Source of the DNA: Candidatus Eiseniibacteriota bacterium
Lineage (GTDB): Bacteria > Eisenbacteria > RBG-16-71-46
DNA length: 25,630 nt
Assembly (NCBI GenBank): GCA_031370785.1
Contig: JANMQY010000132.1
Coordinates: 1-25,630, forward strand
Direction: 5' to 3'
Position 1 is the first letter of the stretch, and each line of letters begins with the position of its first letter. The notes under the pieces were generated by a model that saw nothing but the letters and a program-made list of their open reading frames with translations, was not told the origin of the DNA and did no database searches. This document shows, piece by piece, positions 18,135-25,630 of this stretch. A program made the position numbers and the translations under genes.

Positions 18135-20173
18135 GCGCTGTACGGCGCATCGCGGCCTTTGCCCTCATCACTGCCGGGGGGCTTGGTGCCTCGCCGAGTC
18201 TCGCGCCATCGACGTCTCTGCCGCCGGTGGTGTTCGTATCGCGCGCGATCCCGCTTGGTGCGGACTTAGGGCTCGTGCCAGGGCTCGGGCCGCTCGGTCG
18301 CACGCTCGCGCCCGGGGGCCGGCTTCTGGTGCGCGAGCGCGATGGCCGGATTCACGCGCTGCTTCCGCCGCACGCTCTGTTCGACGTCAGTGATCCATGC
18401 GTGAGATGGGACGCACAGCTCATCGCGTTCGCGGGCACGCCGGCGAGGGATAGCGCATGGCGCGTGTACGTGGTCGGACGCGACGGGCAGGGGCTGCGCG
18501 CGCTGACCCAACCACCTTCCGGAGCGCGCGACTTCGATCCGGTGTGGCTCGCCGATGGCCGAGTCGCCTTCGCATCCACCCGCCTCGCGCACCACGCCCA
18601 GCCGGCCGCGGTCGCGGTCACCAACCTCTACGCGGTCTCACTCGAGGGCGGCGAGCCCGAGCGCATCACTGCCGAGCGCAGCGGCGCGGAAGAGCCGGCT
18701 GTGGATCCATCGAACGGCCGGATCGTGTATGCGCGCTGGTGGGCGAACCGCTTCCTTGCCACGAATCTCGTCACGGGCGGGGTCACGAGCGATGCGGCGC
18801 TCGCAATCTCGAACGAAGAGGTCGACCTGTGGCAGGCGGTGAGCATTCAGCCGGACGGCAGCGGCATCCGGCTCGCGGCGGGCGATGCGCGCGACCGCGA
18901 CGCGACCATGGCGTACCAGCCCACAATCGATGCCGTGCGCGGGATCGTCGCGGTGCGCGCGGCCGATCGAACGCTGGTGCACGCGCGAGGGCGTTACGGC
19001 ATCCAGCGCCTCGCGCGGCTCACGCCGCCGTTCGAGCCAGGGGGCGCGCTCGCAGGCTACGGCCGCGATTCCTCCTCGGCGTGCGGGCCGGCCTGGCTTC
19101 CCGAAGGCAGGCTCCTGTTCTCCCGCGACGTGAGCGGTCGTGGCGACTTCGGACTCTGGCTGCTCCCGGTGGATGCAGCATCGGGCCGGGCAGGCGCCCC
19201 GCGGCGCGTGCTCGATCTGCGTGGCACCGCCGAGCTCGACCCGGCGCCGATCGTGCGGCGCGCCGCGCCACGCGTCCTTGGCAGGGGCCTGCTGCCGACG
19301 ACCAAACGCGGCCCGACCGAAGCGCTCCAGCAGATTCGCGAAGACGTGCACACGTTTCGATTCGACTGCCTGAACGTGTTTGCCAATGCGCCGGTGGACG
19401 CCCCGATCCGTGACGCACCGCGGCTCGCGACCGGAGTGCGCATCCGGTTTTTCGCAGCGCTCGAGCCCGAAACCGGGGCAGGGGCCCGCGCGGACACCAT
19501 GGCGCTGGTACGCGAGGTTCCGGTCGATCGCACCGGAGGAGTGCACGAGCACGACCTGCCCGGAGACGTGCCCATGTTCGAGCAGCTGGTGGACAGCGCG
19601 GGTCGCGTGCTGATGAGCGCGCACGACCCGGCCCATGTCTCGGGCTTCAACTTCGCGCGTGCCGGAGGAGGGACCCAGTGCGTGGGCTGCCACGCCGGGC
19701 ATTCCGCGATCGAGGTTCCGCTCAACAACGCGCTCGCCGAGTGGTTCAACGCGTCGACCTCGGCGGTGGCGTTCGTGAGCGCGGCGCGCGCCGGTAACGC
19801 GGGTGCCCGCGCGCTGATCGATCGCCGGACGCGCGGAGATCCGGACCGGGTCGCGTGGATCGCGCCCGCCGACGGGGAGCCGGTCGCGCGCCTCGCCTGG
19901 TCCAACCCCATTGAAGTACGCACCCTCGTCTTCTATGATTTAGGCCCCAAAATCGCTGCCTTCGTCGACGCCTCGGATGAAGGCTGCGAGGTCGTGTTCT
20001 CGCTCGCCGGCCGTGAAATCCGGCGGATGGGCGTGCCCCGGCCGACGGCGGGGCCGGTCCGGGTGGAAGTTGGCGGTGTCATCGCGGACGTGCTGGAAAT
20101 ACGCCCTCGACCCTCGACCCATCGGCGCAACGTGGCGATCGCCGAAATCGAAACCATCGCACGGCTTCGCTGA
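18131..20173 (+). CDS. Hydrazine-synthase-alpha-like secreted protein: TolB/PD40 propeller + HZS-alpha middle domain with one CxxCH + C-terminal discoidin-like domain
   Basis: GTGA overlap with the upstream stop; VSDP.V.WDA..IAFA, DFDPVWLADGRVAFASTR, NGRIVYARW; FDCLNVF, LPGDVPMFEQLVDSAGRV..FNFARAG...CVGCH (19679-19693); ALID..W..LAW..P.EVRTLVFYD..IAEIE. Confidence 0.8.
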   Translation: MSAVRRIAAFALITAGGLGASPSLAPSTSLPPVVFVSRAIPLGADLGLVPGLGPLGRTLAPGGRLLVRERDGRIHALLPPHALFDVSDPCVRWDAQLIAFAGTPARDSAWRVYVVGRDGQGLRALTQPPSGARDFDPVWLADGRVAFASTRLAHHAQPAAVAVTNLYAVSLEGGEPERITAERSGAEEPAVDPSNGRIVYARWWANRFLATNLVTGGVTSDAALAISNEEVDLWQAVSIQPDGSGIRLAAGDARDRDATMAYQPTIDAVRGIVAVRAADRTLVHARGRYGIQRLARLTPPFEPGGALAGYGRDSSSACGPAWLPEGRLLFSRDVSGRGDFGLWLLPVDAASGRAGAPRRVLDLRGTAELDPAPIVRRAAPRVLGRGLLPTTKRGPTEALQQIREDVHTFRFDCLNVFANAPVDAPIRDAPRLATGVRIRFFAALEPETGAGARADTMALVREVPVDRTGGVHEHDLPGDVPMFEQLVDSAGRVLMSAHDPAHVSGFNFARAGGGTQCVGCHAGHSAIEVPLNNALAEWFNASTSAVAFVSAARAGNAGARALIDRRTRGDPDRVAWIAPADGEPVARLAWSNPIEVRTLVFYDLGPKIAAFVDASDEGCEVVFSLAGREIRRMGVPRPTAGPVRVEVGGVIADVLEIRPRPSTHRRNVAIAEIETIARLR

Positions 20174-20194
20174 TCGAGGCCGGGCTGGAGTTGA

Positions 20195-23100
20195 ATGAAC
20201 TCCCCAATCCGCACCCTGGTTCGCCTGCTCGTCGCCTTCGCGCTTCTCGCCCCGCTCGCCCCGCGCGGCGCCTCGGCGCAAGGCCTCAATGAGGTGTTCT
20301 CGCAGGACGGGGTCGACGTGTGGGCGCTCGGCGACAATGGCCAGTACCTGCGCTCCTATACCGGCGGCGCCTCGTGGACGCTCGGCACGCTGGGCACCCA
20401 GGCCCTGCGCGGCGTCGCGGCGCGCAACTTCAATGTCGTCGTGGTCGGCGACAGCGGCAAAATCTGGCGCAGCGTGAACAGCGGCGGAGCGTGGTCGGTG
20501 AAGGCCCTCCCGGGCGCTCCCGCGCTGCGCGCGCTCCAGATGCCGACCGACTCGGTGCTGTTCGTGGTCGGCGCCGGCGGAAGGATCGCGAAGAGCACCG
20601 ACGGCGGGGGCACCTGGACCACGCTCGCCTCGGGAACCACCGCGAAGCTCAATTCGGTGCGGTTTCGCAATGCGCGCCATGGCTGGGCGGTGGGCGAGGG
20701 CGGGGTCGCGATGCACACCGACGACGGTGGCGCCACCTGGTTGCCGGTGAGCGTGCCCACCACTTCGAACCTGCTCTCGGTGGACGTGCTCGACGCGTAT
20801 GTGTGGATCGGAGGCGAGCAGGGTGTCGCGCTGCAGAGCTTCGACAACGGCGTGCACTGGATGCAGATCGACCTCAATCTGGAGGTGCCGGCCGACATCC
20901 ACCGGGTGTGGATCGACAGTCCGTCGCGCGTGATCGTGCTTGGTGGCGGCGGCTTCATGCGCGTCACGCCGGATAGCGGCGCGACGTGGAGCTTCATGAA
21001 GCACCCGATCCTCGGTGGCGTGCATGCACTGTTCTTCGCCGGGGCGCACGGCTGGGCCTGCGGCCACGGATCGCGTGCGCTCGAATCCACCTCGGATGGC
21101 GGCGAAACCTGGGCGCTCACGCCTGCCACCGCGGAGTCGAGCGACTGGCCGCGGACGCTCCTCTTCAACCAGACTCCGACCGCTCTGGTGCGGGGAAGCA
21201 GCATCGCAGCCAATCGCCAGAGGCCCGAGGTGCTCTACGCCGCGCTCGGCAGCTCGCTCTACCGAAGCCCGGACCGCGGGGGTCAATGGCGGACGATGGG
21301 CTCGGTGTCGGACGGCACGTACATTCCGTCGCGGGTGAACGCCTTCTACGTCTCGCCGCGGGACTCGAACATCATGGTGATGGCTGCGGCAGGAACCGGA
21401 GGCTCCAGCAAGCGCATCCTCCGGTCCATCGACCGAGGCAACACGTGGATCACCACGAAGATTTCGGTGTTTTCGGAATACGGCGTGCCGCTCGAGATGA
21501 ACGTCGACCATCCCGACACGCTGCTGTTCGGAACCGAGGACGGAAATCTCTACCGCTCGCTGGATTTCGGCGCCACGTGGAGCACGCTGTCCAGCCCGGG
21601 CTTCCGCAGCCCATGCGATCTCCAGATCGTCCCGGGCGACAACGCGAACGTGTGGGTCGCTGACGGTGTCACCGGCATCGGACAGGGAGCGATCTGGCAG
21701 TCGCTCGACGGCGGCGTGACGTTCGCGCTCCGCTATCCGCTGCCCGACGACTCTTTGTCCGACAGCGCGGAGGTGCCGATGATGACCTGCCCGCGACTCG
21801 ACAATCGCCTCGGCTTCGCATCGCACTGGCCGACCGGCGGCATGTCCATCACCGAGGACGGCGGCGCAACCTGGACCCAGATGACCACCACGCAGTCGGC
21901 GTGGGGCACCGACATTGCGCGCGACGACCCGACCGTGGGAGCCTTTGCGGTCTTTGGCGGCTCGAGCGGCTTCATCACCACCGATCGCGGAGCGAATTTC
22001 AGTTCCTACACGCTGTTCGGATCGAACTACGCGGTGTTCGCGTACGATCGAGCCACGATCCTTGCCGTGCAGAGCGGTGGCATCTACAAACTCCGACCGT
22101 CCTACACCACTCCCATGAACAACTCCCAGTACCTGAATCTCGAAGCCCCGCTCGGCGCTCAGACGCTGACCGCGGGCCAGGTACGACAGATCGCGTGGAG
22201 CGCGACCAACATCGCGGTCGTGCGCGTCGAGTACCGGCTGCGACCGGCCGATGCGTGGCGCACGCTCGCCGATGTCCCCGGCCACCTCGGCAGCTTCGCG
22301 TGGACCGTGCCGGACTCACCGAGCACGACCGTGCGCGTTCGGGTGCGCGATCAGTGGGATGGATCCCCCTCGGACAGCTCAGGCGTCAATCTCACCATCG
22401 CGGCGCCGCGTATCGCGGTGAACCCGGCGGCGCTCGACTTCGGCACGCGTCCGGTCGGCTCGGCCACGCTCGACACGCTGCGCTTCTCGAACCCCGGCAC
22501 CGGCCCGCTCACCATCGGGCCACTGAGCCTGAGCGGCACCGGCTTCACGCTCGGGCGGACGTCATTGAGCCTCGCCGCAGGTCAGAGCGACACGATCGGG
22601 GTCACGTTCCGCCCCACGCTCGGAGTGCAGTACGGCGCGACGCTCACCGCGCCGAGCAACGCGCCGGGAGCAGCGCTGCAGATTCCGCTCGCCGGTGCGG
22701 CCAGCGACACGCTGCGGCTCACTCTCACCTCGCCGGTGGGTGGCGAAAGGTGGCAGGTCGGAACCACGCGCTGGATCCAGTGGCAGAGCGCGCAGGTGAA
22801 TGCGGTCGGCATCGACTGGCAGAGCGCGCCCGGCGCATGGACCGCGCTCGCCGACAGCGTGCCAGCATCGTCGGGACTCTACTCATGGACGCTCCCGAAC
22901 GTGCCCACCGCCCAGGCGCGCGTGCGTGTGCGCGAGCGCAGCGGCACCGCGCGCGATTCGAGCGCCGCGCCGTTCACGATCACCGTGCCTCATTTCGCGG
23001 CTTCTCCGGCGTTGCTCGCTTTTGGCCAGGTCACGGTGGGGAGCGCGGCCGCCGACACACTGCACATCGCGAATACCGGGAATGCCCCGATCATGATCTC

Positions 23101-23596
23101 GTGGATCTCGAGCGATCGCGGCGCGGTCAGCATCGGACGCACCTGGATGACGCTGCCCCCGGGCGGCTCGGATTCGCTCGGCATCGTGTACTCGCCTTCT
23201 ACGCTCGGCCGCGATACCGCCACCGTCACCTTCGTCTCCGACGATCCCGCGAGCCCGCATACGGTGCGCGTGACGGGAGAGGGCGTGGCGAGCGCGCCGG
23301 CGTCGGCCGATGTGCCGCTCGCATTCGGGCTCACCCAGAACACTCCCAATCCGTTCAGCGCCCGCACCGTGATCCGCTACGCGCTGCCGGTTCGCACGCA
23401 GGTCGCGCTCGAGGTCTTCAATCTGCAGGGCCAGCGCGTCGCAACCCTGGCGCGCGGCGAGCAGCCGGCCGGAAGCTACGCGGTCTCCTTCGCACCGGGG
23501 TTCGGCGAAGTGCGCTCGTTACCGGCGGGCGTCTACTTCTACCGGCTGCGAGCCGGAGCGTTCGAAGCCACGCGCAAGCTGCTGTTGATGCGTTAA
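20195..23596 (+). CDS. Large secreted YCF48/BNR (Asp-box) propeller protein with four Ig-like domains and a T9SS-like C-terminal domain
   Basis: ggag SD; signal ending ASA|Q; many S.D.G.TW Asp-boxes; two choice-of-anchor-D/ASH-like domains (LDFGTRPVGS..SNPGTGPL.I; LAFGQVTVGS..NTGNAP..I); CTD FGLTQNTPNPFS.RTVIRYALP...AGVYFYRL...TRKLLLMR. Confidence 0.9.
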   Translation: MNSPIRTLVRLLVAFALLAPLAPRGASAQGLNEVFSQDGVDVWALGDNGQYLRSYTGGASWTLGTLGTQALRGVAARNFNVVVVGDSGKIWRSVNSGGAWSVKALPGAPALRALQMPTDSVLFVVGAGGRIAKSTDGGGTWTTLASGTTAKLNSVRFRNARHGWAVGEGGVAMHTDDGGATWLPVSVPTTSNLLSVDVLDAYVWIGGEQGVALQSFDNGVHWMQIDLNLEVPADIHRVWIDSPSRVIVLGGGGFMRVTPDSGATWSFMKHPILGGVHALFFAGAHGWACGHGSRALESTSDGGETWALTPATAESSDWPRTLLFNQTPTALVRGSSIAANRQRPEVLYAALGSSLYRSPDRGGQWRTMGSVSDGTYIPSRVNAFYVSPRDSNIMVMAAAGTGGSSKRILRSIDRGNTWITTKISVFSEYGVPLEMNVDHPDTLLFGTEDGNLYRSLDFGATWSTLSSPGFRSPCDLQIVPGDNANVWVADGVTGIGQGAIWQSLDGGVTFALRYPLPDDSLSDSAEVPMMTCPRLDNRLGFASHWPTGGMSITEDGGATWTQMTTTQSAWGTDIARDDPTVGAFAVFGGSSGFITTDRGANFSSYTLFGSNYAVFAYDRATILAVQSGGIYKLRPSYTTPMNNSQYLNLEAPLGAQTLTAGQVRQIAWSATNIAVVRVEYRLRPADAWRTLADVPGHLGSFAWTVPDSPSTTVRVRVRDQWDGSPSDSSGVNLTIAAPRIAVNPAALDFGTRPVGSATLDTLRFSNPGTGPLTIGPLSLSGTGFTLGRTSLSLAAGQSDTIGVTFRPTLGVQYGATLTAPSNAPGAALQIPLAGAASDTLRLTLTSPVGGERWQVGTTRWIQWQSAQVNAVGIDWQSAPGAWTALADSVPASSGLYSWTLPNVPTAQARVRVRERSGTARDSSAAPFTITVPHFAASPALLAFGQVTVGSAAADTLHIANTGNAPIMISWISSDRGAVSIGRTWMTLPPGGSDSLGIVYSPSTLGRDTATVTFVSDDPASPHTVRVTGEGVASAPASADVPLAFGLTQNTPNPFSARTVIRYALPVRTQVALEVFNLQGQRVATLARGEQPAGSYAVSFAPGFGEVRSLPAGVYFYRLRAGAFEATRKLLLMR

Positions 23597-23623
23597 GCCA
23601 AAGCGCCCCGCGGGGCCGCCCGC

Positions 23624-23652
23624 TTGGGGGCCCGGAGCGCCTGCGCTAGACT
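23624..23652 (+). promoter_or_regulatory. Putative sigma70-type promoter for the P5C dehydrogenase gene
   Basis: TTGGGG-N17-TAGACT upstream of the ggagga SD at 23710-23715. Confidence 0.35.
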
Positions 23653-23719
23653 GCCCGGCACCAAACCCATCCCAACTCTTCTCGCTGCATCGGCGCCAAC
23701 GCCGCATGCGGAGGACCCC

Positions 23720-25315
23720 ATGAATCCCCTCACTCGATCCGCACCGCCTGCCGTGGATGCGCGGATGCTGCCCGAATACGCGCCCACCACCTACGTCGAT
23801 TTCACCAGGCCCGAACACAAGGCCGCGTTCGAGAAGGCGCTCGACAGCGTGCGCGCGCAGCTCGGGCAGGAGCACCCGCTGGTGATCGGTGGCGAGCGCC
23901 TGAAGGGAAGCGGCACGTTCGCTTCCATCAACCCGGCGCGCCCCTCGCAGGTGATCGGGCGCTTCCAGTCCGGCACGCGCGAGCAGGCGGTGCAGGCGAT
24001 CGAGGCGGCCGACCGCGCATTCACGACGTGGAGCCGCGTGCCCGCGGCCGAGCGTGCCGCCTACCTGATCGAAGCGGCGCGGCGCATGCGCGAGCGGCGC
24101 CACGAATTCTCCGCGTGGATGGTGCTCGAAGTCGGCAAGAGCTGGGCCGAGGGCGACGCCGACACCGCGGAAGCGATCGACTTCATGGAGTTCTACGCGC
24201 GCGAGATGCTGCGCTACGACGGCGCACACCCGGTGACACCGCTGCCCGGCGAGAAGGGAGCGCTGGTCTACCTGCCGCTCGGCGTCGGCGCGATCATTCC
24301 GCCGTGGAACTTCCCGCTCGCGATCCTGGTCGGCATGGCGACTGCCGCGATCGTGACCGGCAATACCGTGGCGGTGAAGCCGTCCAGCGACTCGCCGGCG
24401 ATCGCGTGGCAGTTCTTCCTGCTCATGGAAGAGATCGGGCTGCCCGCGGGCGTGTTCAACTTCGTGACCGGCGGCGGCTCCACTGTGGGCGACGCGCTGG
24501 TGCGCCATCCGCGCACGCGCTTCGTCTCGTTCACCGGCTCCAAGGAAGTCGGAATCGGCATCAACCGGCTCGCCGCCGAAGTGCAGCCCGGACAGATCTG
24601 GCTCAAGCGCGTGGTCGCCGAGATGGGCGGCAAGGACGCGATCATCGTCGACGAAGAGGCGGACGTGGACGCCGCCGCGCAGGGCGTGGCCGCCTCGGCG
24701 TTCGGTTTCGGCGGGCAGAAGTGCTCGGCGTGCTCGCGCGCGATCGTGAGCGAGAAGGTGTACGAGCCGTTCCTCGAGAAGCTCAAGGCGCAGGTCGAGA
24801 AACTCAGCGTCGGCCAGCCCGACAGGGCCGGCATCTACATGGGCCCGGTGATCAACGCCGCCTCGCGCGACAAGATCCTGTCGTACATCGAAGCCGGCAA
24901 GAAGGACGGACGCCTGATCGTGGGCGGCGGGCCGGTCGAGGGCGAGGAAGGCTGGTTCGTGCAGCCGACCGTGATCGCGGACATTGCGCCCACCGCGAAG
25001 ATCTCGCAGGAGGAGATCTTCGGCCCGGTCCTCGCCGTGACCAGGGTGAAGAACTTCGACGAGGCGCTCGCGGTCGCCAACGGCACCGAGTACGGCCTGA
25101 CCGGCGCGGTCTACACGAAGAACCCGGACAAGATCGAGCGCGCGCGGCGCGAGTTCTTCGTGGGCAATCTCTATATCAACCGCAAGTGCACCGGCGCGAT
25201 CGTGGGCGCGCACCCGTTCGGCGGGTTCAACATGAGCGGCACCGACTCGAAGGCCGGCGGCCGCGACTACCTGCTGCTCTTCCTCCAGTCCAAGCTCATC
25301 AGCGAGGCGATTTAG
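23720..25315 (+). CDS. pruA: 1-pyrroline-5-carboxylate (glutamate-gamma-semialdehyde) dehydrogenase, RocA/PruA type
   Basis: ggagga SD; GKSWAEGDADTAEAIDFMEFYAR, PPWNFPLAI, FTGSKEVG, PGQIWLKRVVAEMGGKD, FGGQKCSACSR, QEEIFGP, PFGGFNMSGTDSKAGGRDYL. Confidence 0.96.
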   Translation: MNPLTRSAPPAVDARMLPEYAPTTYVDFTRPEHKAAFEKALDSVRAQLGQEHPLVIGGERLKGSGTFASINPARPSQVIGRFQSGTREQAVQAIEAADRAFTTWSRVPAAERAAYLIEAARRMRERRHEFSAWMVLEVGKSWAEGDADTAEAIDFMEFYAREMLRYDGAHPVTPLPGEKGALVYLPLGVGAIIPPWNFPLAILVGMATAAIVTGNTVAVKPSSDSPAIAWQFFLLMEEIGLPAGVFNFVTGGGSTVGDALVRHPRTRFVSFTGSKEVGIGINRLAAEVQPGQIWLKRVVAEMGGKDAIIVDEEADVDAAAQGVAASAFGFGGQKCSACSRAIVSEKVYEPFLEKLKAQVEKLSVGQPDRAGIYMGPVINAASRDKILSYIEAGKKDGRLIVGGGPVEGEEGWFVQPTVIADIAPTAKISQEEIFGPVLAVTRVKNFDEALAVANGTEYGLTGAVYTKNPDKIERARREFFVGNLYINRKCTGAIVGAHPFGGFNMSGTDSKAGGRDYLLLFLQSKLISEAI

Positions 25316-25324
25316 GGAGGCTTC

Positions 25325-25630
25325 ATGACCGACCGTCCGTTGCAGAGAAGTTTTCTCCTGGCGGACGGCCGGGGCGGTTGCACCCACCTTAGCCTGGCGG
25401 GCTTCCCCGTGAGACCGTGGCACGCCGCCTATGTGCCGGTGGCCGGCGCGGGGCCGGTTGGGGGGTGGATGTCGCCGGGCCTGGGCATGGAGCTGGGCGG
25501 CCGCGAAGTGTGGCTGCCCGAGTCCGCCGAGGCGTTCCAGCACGGATCGGGCGAGGCCACGTTCGAGGAATTCCAGGAAGACCCGCTGCCCCGGTGGGTC
25601 TACCGCGTGGCCGAGGCGCGCCTGGAAGTG
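25325..25630 (+). CDS. Glycogen-debranching-enzyme N-terminal-domain protein (amylo-alpha-1,6-glucosidase-like), runs off the window
   Basis: gggagg SD; open to the window end; FLLADGRGG..SLAG..RPWHA and FEEFQEDPLPRWVYRVAEARLE resemble the GDE_N pattern (WL.TNG.GGY..R.YHG; F...P.P.W.Y....LEK). Confidence 0.7.
   Translation, partial: MTDRPLQRSFLLADGRGGCTHLSLAGFPVRPWHAAYVPVAGAGPVGGWMSPGLGMELGGREVWLPESAEAFQHGSGEATFEEFQEDPLPRWVYRVAEARLEV

Noticed and set aside
18131..20173. Evidence for anammox (true hzsA)
   Set aside because: Only one CxxCH, no Tyr at the heme-ligand position, a different C-terminal domain, and no hzsB/hzsC in the window.
19940..22285. 781-aa antisense ORF
   Set aside because: Mirror of the BNR protein; Arg/His/Gly-rich with no motifs, as expected from high GC3 bias.
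23519..25543. 674-aa antisense ORF
   Set aside because: Antisense shadow of the P5C dehydrogenase gene.

Overview
GC-rich bacterial chromosomal window with no mobile element, RNA gene or CRISPR array visible. A secreted protein ending in TWGAVKSMYR and three FlgD-Ig/T9SS-like C-terminal domains suggest Candidatus Eisenbacteria or a related FCB-adjacent phylum (inference). Contents in order: 3' part of acnA; a Cys-rich secreted protein; a truncated SpoIIE/PP2C fragment; a Tat-signal GatC/AtzG-like small protein plus an amidase; a 14-aa-repeat lipoprotein; a small hypothetical; a signal-less HtrA-like protease; a single-chain aconitase-family enzyme in swivel-first (LeuD-LeuC) order; YdeI/OmdA; an XRE-HTH remnant; a TPR protein; YceI; a zinc-metallopeptidase plus Ddl-like ATP-grasp pair; a CHRD remnant; a four-gene operon of secreted beta-propeller proteins (two tandem GSDH/PQQ-family paralogues, a hydrazine-synthase-alpha-like monoheme protein, a large YCF48/BNR-Ig protein); P5C dehydrogenase; and the start of a glycogen-debranching-type gene. 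Best candidates for undescribed biology: the secreted GSDH + HZS-alpha-like operon, the permuted aconitase fusion, the Tat partner/amidase pair, the peptidase/ligase pair and the TWG C-terminal motif. All calls are from motif recognition by eye; no searches were run.
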